The notes under the pieces were generated by a model. That model saw nothing but the letters and a program-made list of their open reading frames with translations, did no database searches and was not told the DNA's origin. Both the position numbers and the translations under genes were made by a program. A stretch of DNA of 60,082 bases, filler included, from Bipalium vagum (Eukaryota), in assembly GCA_037834085.1 (NCBI GenBank). It is 3 parts of 3 records of this genome, joined end to end, with 100 filler letters (N's around TTAATTAATTAA, not from the genome) between each part and the next. Parts side by side here need not be neighbours in the genome. Positions count along the whole stretch, not along the records: positions 1 to 27,261 come from JBBMKC010098064.1; 2 more parts are not named here. One strand, 5' to 3'. Below are positions 1-11,893 of this stretch, piece after piece. Numbering within the stretch: position 1 is the first letter of the stretch; every line of letters begins with the position of its first letter.

Positions 1-564
1 CGTTTCTTCAGTGGTACGCAGCATCCATCAATTATTTTCTGTGCCGTTACCTTAACACTTTCGAAATTGCCTTTAGCTATGAATCTCTTAATTTGTGTGC
101 GTAACTTATTTGTTATTTTTGTTTATGGACCTGTTTTCTTCTTTTGGAATTTATTTTCATAGCTTATTAGGCACTGGGCAGTAGAAATACTTAACTTTAA
201 ATTCTTACTAATTTCCTTTAAAGTTTTTCCACTCTTTCGCTTTCTTTTTATCTTTTTATTTTTTTTTAAGTAGAAATACTTAACTTTAAATTCTTACTAA
301 TTTCCTTTAAAGTTTTTCCACTCGTTCGCTTTCTTTTTATCCATAAATTTGAAATTAAAATAAAATTATAAAAAAATACTGCTCACTTCGAATTTTCAAA
401 ATTTTCACTGATATATTTAAACAAACGCAATTCAGAAAACTTATCTTAACAAAATAATTACTTTTTTATAAACTACTTATATTATATATTTAGTGTTTTT
501 AAATATATTTTCAATGATCATGGTATTGCTTTGCAATAATTATAAAAAAATACTGCCCGCACTA
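1..564 (-). mobile_element. 5' end of a decayed Tc1-like element with an internal ~73-bp direct duplication
   Basis: Terminus TA-TAGTGCGGGCAGTATTTT on minus; HTH-like remnant GKTLKEISKNLKLSISTAQ...KKTGP; 180-252 repeated at 270-342. Confidence 0.6.
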
Positions 565-599
565 TATTTAGTCAAAATAATCGCCAAAACTATCAACAC

Positions 600-1130
600 A
601 ATTTCGTCATCTTAATGGTAACTTGTTTATTCCAGCAGTGAAGAAGTCTGACGATAGAGCAATGAAATCACCAAAGGTGTTTTGCGCAGCCTCTTCTGTA
701 CTGAACATTTTTCAAACCAAGAAATGATCCAAAGCTTGGTAGAAATGATAGTCAGTTGGCGCAAGGTCTGGTGAATACGATGAGTGGCAGAGCTTTCAGC
801 TCCAACTCAATGATCAATTATTGTATGGATGGAGAAATTGAATTTCAACGCGAACTCCTCAGTACTTTGAGATGAGTCCTTCTCTACAACAACTGTCAGG
901 CCAACTTGATTCACATTCGTCTCAGGTCGACCACCTAGCCTATTTTGAAAACAGAAATTTCCTGAAGGAACTTTTGAAATCATCAATTCTTTTCATCATC
1001 TATTCTTTCATTGACGACCTTAATCTCAAACAAATCCATCATATTTCGAACCGTTTACCTTGCTTTATTTCCACGACGGAACTCGTATTCAAAAATGAAA
1101 TGAATTTTTGAAATATCCATTGTTTAGAAA
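600..1130 (-). mobile_element. mariner transposase remnant
   Basis: Minus strand ~780-720 reads YSPDLAPTDYHFYQALDHF (mariner C-terminal motif). Confidence 0.75.
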
Positions 1131-2149
1131 AGTTACCCTAAGAATGTTAATTTATAATTTACTCAGATATTTAAATATGTGATATAAAAATTAATTACCT
1201 GTTTACTCAGTAAAACAAAAACAAATAACTTTCGAGTTAAATAATTTAAAATATCAAATGTTAAATTTTGGATTTTGTGAATCAAACATTTCATACTTAA
1301 TGACCTAGTATAATATAATATAATATAATATTTAATAATATTAAATAAAATTATATAAAATAAATAAAATTATTTAATTCAATAATTTGTGGCACAAGAA
1401 GTAAACCACGGTTTAAAATGTATTATAGTTTAAAAATTAATATATAAGTATAATTAATATTATTTAAACTTAATTTTTCTGTTAGGAAATTTTTGGTGCC
1501 ATGTCAAAATATCTTGCGTCAATTATATTAAACTTTATTTTATATTTATCAAAACTTTGACAACAGGATAAGTGAGAACAAATCAAAGTGATGGTGGCAC
1601 CTACAAAGCATACTTTTTCAGTGAATAAAATTTTATTTTTATCATTGATAAGAAGCTTTGCCCCTCTTGAGCCTTGACTGAACGGTTTTGTGTTCAATAA
1701 TCAATAAATTTATCAACAGTAATGATCACATTCCACTCTCAACCATATATTCACGTGTACTAATCCTGGAATTGGATTTTATCGGTTACCTTATGTTTTT
1801 TTAATGTTTTATTTTAAAGCTGGTGGTACGTGGGTTGTTAATCGTGTATTGGGTCATTATAAAGTTATGAAAATCATTGCGTTTATAACACCAATATATC
1901 AATGTATTAATAATAAATTTGGTCGTCTTAAGAGAATTTATTTTACGACTTAGGATTATGGAAAATGTTATTGAGCATGAAACAAGGTTTTTATCTTTTT
2001 TATACAAATAGTTTATCAACGAAATTATAAAAGTATTTTACTTAGAGTTTTCTTTAAATTTTACAGTTTGGCAATTGTTTAAATACGCAGTAAAACAAAT
2101 ATAGTCAAAACAAAATTTCTTAAACGTTTTTTAAAAAAATTTTTAAATT

Positions 2150-3542
2150 GACAAAAGCAATGAGAATTTAGATATTCTTACTTTTATTTCATGAAAGTAA
2201 ATTTTCTCTGTAATCACGAGATTATATACGAAGCTATGATGAAAATACTGTTGACGATCCAACTTGTCGTAAGTGGTTCAGAAATTTTTATTCAAAACAT
2301 CATTTTTTGGGTTTATCCAAAAGTACCAATAGAAAGATATGGATCAGTAAATAGTCCAATAATCCCTACATTAATTAATTTAATTTCAATGAATTTCTTT
2401 TAGAAGTCGAAAAACTTTTCCACACTTCTCCGGAGAAATGAAATACGTTTTTCCTCATAATTTCTTGGGAAAAGTTAATCACCTAAGATACAAATGAAAC
2501 TTAAGGGACCTAAAACTCACCTTTGTTTTTAATTTTTAAAAAAATTTATTTTCCTTATAATATAAATTTAGTTTCAGTGTAATTGTCTGTGAAAATTTAT
2601 ACCACTGTTATTTTAGAATTTTGTTTGAAATGATAATTTATAAAAACACTATTGCTAGACTGAGTTTGTTGATTACACCAACTATAAGGCATGGGAGTTA
2701 GGTTTTAACTATCAGAGAATTGACAAAATTTTATTTTAAAAATTAACTTCTTATAACCGAAAATATAATAAAAGTGTAACTTTTAATTAATTTCTTGTTT
2801 AATGTATTTAAATAGTTAATTTTACTTTGATCCAATCACATAAAATTTGTAACACTCAATAATTGTAGCTCTGACGATGATTGTTACCTTGCTAATAAAT
2901 TAGTTAGATAACCTAGGTAATATGAGAAAAAAAAGAATTGAAAATTGATTTTATCTTTAAAACATTATTGATTAAAATTAGTCCGTTTAAAAAAAGCGGG
3001 ACAAGCGGAATTTTTTGAAAAACTAATATTAAGTTATAAAAAATGCCTTTCTGAAATAATTTAAAATATATTTTTTAGATCTTTATTTAATAGATCTTAT
3101 CTTCTCCAGGAGCTCCGCATTGTGTTACGTTTATCAAAGGTTATTTTGTCAAATTCAACAAAAGAATTTTTCACAGATTGGTTAAAGAAAGAACCAAAGG
3201 ATTTTGGATATGACCAAATTAAATTGTTAAAATAATGATGCACCAAAAAATCACTAAATAGTATCGATAAATAAAAATATATAAAGGCGATTACTAAAAA
3301 TGCTTTGTTCTTCCAGCTTTTATAAATAATATATGCAGAATCGTGCGGTTATTCTACACCATTACCTATGCGTACTTTCTGTCCTTAAATGACCAGCTTA
3401 GAAATCCAATGTCTGTACGAAGGCTGAAAGGATATAAAAATTAGTCAAAAATTATTTATAACAAACCTTGCAATTAATTCGGTGCCAAACGACGCTAAGT
3501 GGAAATGAATAAGGTCCGAAGAGAAAGGTGACATAGATAAAA

Positions 3543-3574
<32 letters not shown>

Positions 3575-4104
3575 ATCAGTGCCACAAGAGAAAAGTAATC
3601 ACATCATGAAACGTTTTAAAAACTATAATGAAACACGATTAAAAATTGAAAATTATTAAGTAGTGAAATTACCGGTCGGTTCCTGAAGAACACAAAAATA
3701 AAAATGTTAAAATAAAAAATAAACTGAATTCCCTTATTTCAAAAATGGTATAATAAAATTGTGCAACTACGATTGTTCAATTTGCCTTTCTTTAAGTTGG
3801 TAAGGAACCAACAAATCGAGTTTTTTCACATATCCCATATGCCTGATATTGGTTTCGATAATTATTGAAATTAAATTAATTAATGTATGGATTATTGGAG
3901 CCTTTAGTAGCCCATACCTTTCTATTGGTACTTTTGGATAAACCCAAAAATTGATGTTTTGAATAGAAATATCTGAACCACTTACGACAAGTTGAATCGT
4001 CAACAGTATTTTCACTATAGTTTCATATGTAATCTCGTGAGTCCAGAGAAAATTTACTTTCATGAAATAAAAGTAAGAATATCTAAATTCTCATTGCTTT
4101 TGTC
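2150..4104. repeat. ~240-bp inverted repeat pair (2150-2389 / 3864-4104)
   Basis: Near-identical opposite-strand copies; they produce the twin ORFs 2191-2403(+) and 3767-4063(-). Confidence 0.9.
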
Positions 4105-4109
4105 ATTCC

Positions 4110-4666
4110 TTTATTTCAAAAATGATAAAATAAAGTTGTTGCAACTGCAATTGTCCAATGTGGTTTTAAGTTGGCGAGGAACCCAGAACTCGAGTTTTTC
4201 ACATATCCCATATGCCTGATATGGGTTTCGATAATTATAATACCATGTGATACATCTGAGCTTCTTTGCAATGTTACGCGTTGTTTTGTAATGATCCACT
4301 TTGATTAAATCATCATTGAAATCTATAAAACGGCTAGATCCTTACTTATTTTTGAGTGAAAAATCAACCCATTCGCAATTTCTCAAATCAATTGTTTTAA
4401 TGTATCCTCGTCGTACGCTTTTTTTGAAATTTTGTGATGCATTCTTTTCTTTCCCATTATAGAAAAGTAAAATAAGCCTTAAATGAATGTTTCGATCTTC
4501 CATACGTAAGCTGACAAATGAAATACGAAACGAAGACTGAATTTTGAATCCACCAACAATTTTTAATATTATTTAAACAATGACTATTGAATTTAAGACA
4601 CGGTTAAGTAAAAGTTAAAATTGTTTTTATGCAAAATTGGCAATTATTTTCTTGCCAGCCAAATAT
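4110..4666 (-). mobile_element. mariner 5' half, decayed
   Basis: TIR TA-TTTGGCTGGCAAGAAAATAATTG; MEDRNIHLRLILLF start; LEFWVPRQLK (WVPxxL). Confidence 0.8.
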
Positions 4667-5529
4667 TAACCAAACCTAGGTTCACTAAAAATATCAGAAC
4701 ATTATTGATGTTCAAAAATTTTTTAATGATGAACGAGCTGGGGCAAAACAAGTCACAGTTGACTTATTAAATTCAAATTTTTATCCGTCAAAGAGCATTT
4801 TTCAAGTTGGCATTTTATTTTAAATTTCTATACAAGGTTATGAACAAAAATTTTTAAAGTGTATGATAGGTTCCAGAATTCTTGTTAACTTATTAGAGCG
4901 ATTCATTTGTAAGAATATATAATAATAAATTTTAACTAAATTTAAACGTTTCAGGACTCAATTATGTTTATGTTTAAATTTTGATTTTCCCGCCCTTTTT
5001 ATCGTTTCTCCCGTTTAGTGGGATAAAGAGGCGTTATTTGACATCAGATGACCACCGAGTTAATCAAAAGAACCACCCATTTCTTATCTCCCCCTTTCTC
5101 GAGGTATGAGTTTAGCATCGTAATTGTAATATAATTGATTTTATTGTTACAAAATTGTTTGTAGTTAACATTTAATTACTCGTAACAATGTGGAGACCCC
5201 AGATAAGGACCATAATCAATAAAAGTGGACTTATCATGTTGTTCTATGGCTTGATTTTTTGATATTTTTCTTGTACTTTTGTATTTGTAAAAAGAAATTC
5301 CTTTGAAATATATATCATTTCTTCCTCTATTCCTGGTAATCTCAACTAGGAACTCAGCAACAGTTAAAGATAAAATGGGAGACACAGTTATCAGTTAGCT
5401 TTTCGTATAACGTTAATATATTGAGCTTTCGAAACTTTACCAGTGTGAGTAAAAATAAAATTATTTATTAATATTTTCTTATCATTTAATAAAATGTTTT
5501 TTCAGTATTTCACAGCTCTCACACTTAAG

Positions 5530-6070
5530 ACGCGTTTCCTTTACCTTTGTGATTTGATGTCAGCGGAGCATTAAATGACTATCCATTAAATCAGATGACA
5601 TTAAACGAGTCTGCTTCTTTGTAATCAACAAAAATAAACATTGTTCTTTGCAGGGAAAGCCTAAATGCGTTGAGTCTCAAATTCATTTGTCATTAAAACA
5701 AAAAATATCAGAATGAGACCTGACAGTCGCATCTATGAAAAATTACCAAAGCTTTAACTAATAACAAAAACATTCCCTTTTATTCCTTCTCACACACTCA
5801 AAGCGAATGCTTTTAACTTGAAAACATATTTTCTTTCAAAACATTTAAAATGGGCGCCAAGAGTAAACAAACAAAAGTATGAGAGGCAATTTGTATATGG
5901 ATAACACGTTCAATACTCCGTCTTAATCGTACCAGGTTTATATATTTGACAAAGATGCTTCATAATTATAAATTTATAAATAAGATATTCGGTTGGAGTT
6001 AAAAGTGTACCACAAAAGATACAACAAACAACGAAAAGTCCCAAATCAAAGGTTCTTCATCAAAGTAGCG
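5530..6070. promoter_or_regulatory. candidate enhancer 3' of the FGFRL gene
   Basis: CATTAAA x4 (5568-5697); tandem ATCAAAG at 6045 and 6059. Confidence 0.3.
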
Positions 6071-6283
6071 GAATTATAAAATGATTTGAAAATTTTTCCT
6101 GAGAAATAAAAAAATATATTAAAAATTGGGATCATAAAAAAATAATTCTATTCTCGTAAGATAAGAACAATTCGCTCCCAATTAAAATCTAACTGAGAGG
6201 CATTTCATTGATTTTAATTACTTTAATAAATAATTATTGACATTATCGGGAATAAAAATATGTACTTTCTGTAGTATTATATT

Positions 6284-6662
6284 CAGGGTGTGTATAAAGT
6301 ATGTATCCGATTTTCACATGTAATATTGCAAAAAATATATTCAACATACAACAAACAAATATATTCCTCACTGTTCTCTCTGTAGGTCTCTTTTTCCATT
6401 TCAAATGTTCTAAATGCCCACCGACTTGTGTGACTGATTTCATCTTAGCTATCAAGTAAAACGATTTGCACTTTTTCTTCAATGGAGATCATTATTAAAA
6501 TCTGAATTTACTTCAATTTAATTACAAAGACTTATTAAAACAATTTAACACTTAAAATAATTTATGGAAATTATATTTTTTAGAAAAATTTAAATCGAAT
6601 ATATTTAACTACACAAATTTTTCTGAGCTCCAAAATCGAATACTGTCTTTATAAATACTCTG
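6284..6662 (-). mobile_element. internally deleted Tc1/mariner-superfamily element (MITE-sized)
   Basis: Imperfect TIRs CAGGGTGTGTATAAAGTATGTATCCGATTTT / CAGAGTATTTATAAAGACAGTATTCGATTTT; transposase-like N-terminal remnant (KSVTQV...PTERTVRNI). Confidence 0.65.
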
Positions 6663-7734
6663 TATGTATATATTATACTAAAACAATATTAAATAACAAT
6701 TTTAATGCAAAATTCACAAAGTACATGACAACAATAAAAAATTGATTGGTGACATGTTTGACTTCCTAAATTTCGACAGATTAAAACAACAAACTTTCTT
6801 TTTTTTAAAAAAAATATGTAAATATCGGATCAAAAAACTTCGCAGGCTGAAATAAAAGATGATGGATAAATTTTTATGTGTCTAAGATGGCTGGGCTTGG
6901 GTAGGAAACTTAAATGTTTACATTTTCTCAATATGCTTGGGTTCAAATGCGGAGTTTCGGCTTGTAAGGAGGAAGTTCAATGCCGATTTCATCTGGATTT
7001 TTCGCTGAATTTTTAAAGAAGCTTTCTTTGAAAATAATAATGCCTCATTTATTTTGACGATATTAATAAAATTATTGATTTAAAACAACAATATATTTCT
7101 GTTCTGATAAATATTACGAAAACTTTCCAATATTGGGATATTTTTAAAAAATTAAATAATTTTTTTATTATTATTACTGATATAGAAAAAATAAAATTCG
7201 TTAAAATTTTAAATTAAGAAAAAGTTTTTCAAATCAATATATATTTTAATTTATTTTTGTTTTAAAGACTGAAAATACCAAAATATTGTTTTGATAAAAA
7301 GTAAAAAATTCCATTGAAATCTACCGAAAAATATTTTTAATTTTATAAATTATATTTAAAATAATTAATTTTTAACAAACGCCTTTTGTAATACTTTTTA
7401 AGGACAAAAAATAAAAATATATAATATAATTTAAAAATCTATTCTGAAGAGCAGATATATCGATTTCAAGATAATTCAATCACAAATTAATCAATAAACT
7501 AATAATTAATAATAATTACTGATCAAAATCATTATACTAAATAATAATTATTTTATTATTATTATCATTTAAAAAATCTGAGAATACTAAAAACCTGTTT
7601 TATTTATTTATTTTTATACAAAAGATTTTTATATTTCTTGATGAAAAATTTATATATATGTTTATTTAATCGCTGAAAAAATTATTAAACCACAATTTCA
7701 TCAATCTTTTTTGAATTATCTAAAAATCAGAAAT

Positions 7735-8620
7735 ATGAAGAACAAACGTCAACATGGATACTTGACCATGCAGCCAAATTTATCAATTCTTTCTTAGATC
7801 AGAATGCGGAATACCAAATTTATCTTAAAAATATCTTTTTCTCCAAAAATGATCTTGATGGATTGTCGCTTAATATTGCGGAGTTTGGAAACAGAAGGAA
7901 GAATGAAAACATGCAAATCTATGCACGAAATAAAAATGTTTTCTAAAACAATTCTTGAGAAAGCAGATAAAATACAAGCTGACTCGTGAGTTAAACCAAT
8001 TGAGAGAAATGATCTGAAAAGCACTATTTTTGGTCAGAGTTAGTATTGGTCATAAAACGTTATTCGATTTCTGGAATAAAAGTTTTTAAGAATTCTATAC
8101 CCTAATTAGTTCATTAACATGCTTTTACAAATCACTTAAAGGAAATATTTTCATAAAAATATTGATTTTAAATGAATAGCCTTAAAAATGATATCACACA
8201 TATTCCAATAGTCATGGGTTAATGGTAAAAAATAAGAATATAATTTCTTCATCATTACGATGAAACCAAGAACACAAACTCTTTAAAAAAGCTTTTGAAA
8301 TTTATCAAATTACATAATTTCTATCAAGTAAACTTAGGTAGATTTATTGTGTTATAATAAGAAACTAAACATATTGTATATCAGCTTAAAAGTTAAAGGC
8401 CAGGGACAGGTATGAGTATTTTTATTCTTATCCTGAACAAGTGATATATGAAAAGGATGGAACAGCCAGAAGTGATAAGAATATTCCTTTTTAAGATTTA
8501 AGAAAACAACTAGAGAATAGACCAATTACCTTACACCGTGATAATGCACAACACAACTCTGCACACATGACATCAGTCATTATTCTCAAGGCTGAATAAT
8601 TTTTATTTTTTCATAGACAA
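7735..8620 (+). mobile_element. heavily decayed mariner
   Basis: Remnants ...YDET (~8257) and LHRDNAQH..AH (~8531); boundaries approximate. Confidence 0.55.
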
Positions 8621-11102
8621 ATTTTGTTAAGGTTTAAGATCTTTTTTTTACTGTCATTTTAGGTTTTCATTAAAGACATTCATTTCATTTATTAGTGACT
8701 AAATCTATTTCTATTAATCTACGAACCATTTCCTGTATATCATCACTTATTCGAAGCTAAAAATATCATTAATTATTTTGCGCCTTTCCCTAACGAATTG
8801 TGTTCTGTTATCTTATGTTTGCATTGTTGAACAGTTTTCTATTTACTTATTGTTTTCCGCTTCTGCAATTGGTATGCGTTATCTGGGTTCGTTTGCTTTG
8901 ATTTTGACAGATATATAATTAATTTCAAATCTCTTAAAATTTATATTTTCTACAAACACTGATCCATGTTTCTCCAAATATTTCAATATACATTATGAAC
9001 CATGTCACTTACTGTTTTTCCATTAATGATGTCTCAGATCTCCTCAAGACTTTCCTCGTACCTTCAGATTGTATATCAATCAGTAGGAATTATAAATTTG
9101 AAGGTTTGAAAGTGATAAGGTGAGTTTTCGAATTAATAATAATAATTGGAATAATTATAATCAATTTTTCACCAATAAAAATGTTTTACGTTAATGATAA
9201 ACTAAATCAATGAAATTAACCACGTGTCTAACAAAAAATATAATTGTTTACATTCACTCATATCATGGTTATATACATTAGTGTACAACGGTAAGTGACC
9301 TTCACCACATAAAGTTACTCTCACAAAATGAAAAAGTTATCGGTTTATATTATATCAATCCGTTTAGGATCACAACTGATACCAGTTCGGCATTGAATAT
9401 ATAACATTAATATTAATTTCAGGATTTCTCTCAACATTTAAACAAGAAAACATCATTAATTGAAAATCCTAATAATCGCGCCATAAGGCTTGAGGCACAG
9501 ATGCGCATTTCGTTGTAACTAGTTGACTGGAGTTCCCATAATTACCAGATAAAGATGTAATATGGATTAGTTGAATATAATGCTTGTAAAAAGCCAGTAA
9601 TCACCATTTTGTTACATACCCGTGATGTAATCCGACAATAATTTGGAACATTAATTAAATTTATACTTTTATTACATAATAAAGGATTCCTTCGGAAATG
9701 ACAACGAATCATCATCGTAATTATGATTATTATGTACATCACCAAAAATATTAAAATTAAATGAAATTGGTTAATTAAAAATAATTAATCACACTGATTG
9801 ATTATGTCTCCTTTGGTTTTATTACTTTCAGTTTAATAATATTTTGAGATCTTTGCTGGAGATATACTGGTTGAAATTAATGAACAATCAAAAGGAGAAA
9901 CAAGCTACCATGGACAGGATAGGAATTGCAAAAATCATCTTTCTATACATATATTTTTTATTTTTCAACTTTTATTGATCATTCTTCTTTTTCTTAAGTT
10001 GATGTTGCAGCAAAAGCAAACAAATCCCCACCCAATATAGACTCAAAAAAGACTTTCGCCTTGAAAAACCCTTTCATCACTTTAACTAACATACAAGACA
10101 ATGACACAGGTGATTTAAAACAAGTCTCTGGAAGATAATAAAAAATAATCTTTTAAAGAAGCATTCAAGAAATCTCCTCCCAAACATGATTTTACTTAAA
10201 TTTCGATAATATTATTTATTATTAAATAAAGGCAATGATTTTTATCTTATTTTTCCAAAGGAAACATAATTAAATTAAACTAAATTGTTTACAAAAACCC
10301 ACGATAAAAATAGATTTAAATTAATAAAATTGATTTAGTCCTCCTGTTTTTTTCATTCATTAAGAAAATTGGAAATCATTTTAATATTTTTTTTTGGTAA
10401 AAAATCTTTTAATAATTCATTAAAAAAAATAAAAAGATTAATTAAAAATTGTAAAATTGATTTTCTTGAAAATAATTAAACAAAAAACATAAATTTATTT
10501 AATATCGTCCCCTGTGACCGCCAGTTTTGGTTTCCTTCAAACAAATTAAATTAACGATAAGATCAATAATGTAAAAAGAGTGGAGAAAACAAAAATCAAT
10601 GGGAAACCAACATAAAAATCAAGACAATTAATAATTTATTCCACACATCATTGTAAGGCAACAAAATTCATTTATTTCTGCCATTTATATACAAATAATA
10701 ATTATAATAACAAAAACCAAAAATTATATCTAACACAATAATAAGATTACTCAAATTCAAATAGGATACCCGGATGAAAATAATTAAAGATGAGATAATA
10801 TATAAACAATATACCCTTCCTAGATCCAGCAATTGGTTGTACCCTGTCAAAGAGAAGATCTCGAGGTTGCATCTGTAAGCATACACCCTGTTTGCCAAAT
10901 ACAAAACCCTTATGTAAAGTAAGTAATCACTCGATTAAACACTATCGAAAAAAAATCAATCTAGGGTAGCAGCCAAATAAAAGGTTTAGTAAAAATCGAT
11001 GATCTATCAAAACTAACACAAAATTAATAATAATAATAATAAATAATAATAATAGCAACAATCCAGAAAACAACCCAAATACAATACGACGTGATACAAC
11101 GT

Positions 11103-11893
11103 TTATGCCGAGTACATGTTTCCAATGGTGTAGACCGGTTGCTGTTGAGATGACATCGGATTGGTGTTGGCCAAGTATGGAGCATTGGATGACGATGAGA
11201 TGGACGACGTGTTCTGTGATGGTTGATAAACTTGACTAGATTGATTAGGAGAGTAAGAATTGGCGGAGATACCACTTATGGAGAACGGAGGAACCATGTG
11301 TGGATTGCCAGGATTGTTGGCTAGAGTGGAAATGGTGTCTGTCACACTGGTCGGTGGCGGCGGCGACGGCGTTGTATCGGAATCGTATGGAACGTTTTGA
11401 TTGTTGTGAGACAGACAAGTGTGGTGTGAGCATGGATGATCGATTTCTGTGCTACTGGGAGTGGTATTCGACTGCGGCAGATACTGACTGTGGCCGGCAT
11501 AATTGTAGTTCATTACTGCTGGAGTGTAACCGGCGGCAAATGCCGGATAATTAGAACCATACGATGAAGGATCAGAAGTTGGATTTGTAGAATATGATAC
11601 GTTAACGTTGGCTGGAATATTTTGACTATGCATATTCTTTGAACTGACTGTCGTTGTCGTTGGAAGCATATGTTGACGAGCCGTGGAGACGTTTCGAGAT
11701 CCCGAAGAGCTTCCATTAGCGCTGGACGTATTGGTTGTTGTAATTGTAGTGCCTCTCCCAGCTCGATTTTTGAAACTCGAATCTTGTCGCAGTTTACGGC
11801 GTATTAGACAAAATAAGATTGTTCCAAAGCATATAATGAATACGGCTATTGGTCCAGTGATATAAAGTGGAAAATTACTACCTTCTCTTGTTT
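11103..11893 (-). CDS. FGFRL1: FGFRL terminal exon: TM helix and ~230-aa cytoplasmic tail
   Basis: tgttcag|(E)TREGSNFPLYITGPIAVFIICFGTILFCLIRRK... open through ORF 11103-11669 to ...YTIGNMYSA*. Confidence 0.85.

Noticed and set aside
1400-2110. Possible coding relic (ORFs 1482-1697, 1801-2019)
   Set aside because: No recognisable motif in the frames examined; left unassigned.
2191-4063. Twin ORFs MKVNFL... on opposite strands as a small gene pair
   Set aside because: They arise from the inverted repeat; one runs into mariner sequence; no splice or domain support.
8760-9110. Possible LINE 3' remnant
   Set aside because: Similarity too faint to support without a search.
11024-11865. Several overlapping ORFs in alternative frames and on the + strand
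   Set aside because: Shadows of the GC-richer FGFRL terminal exon.
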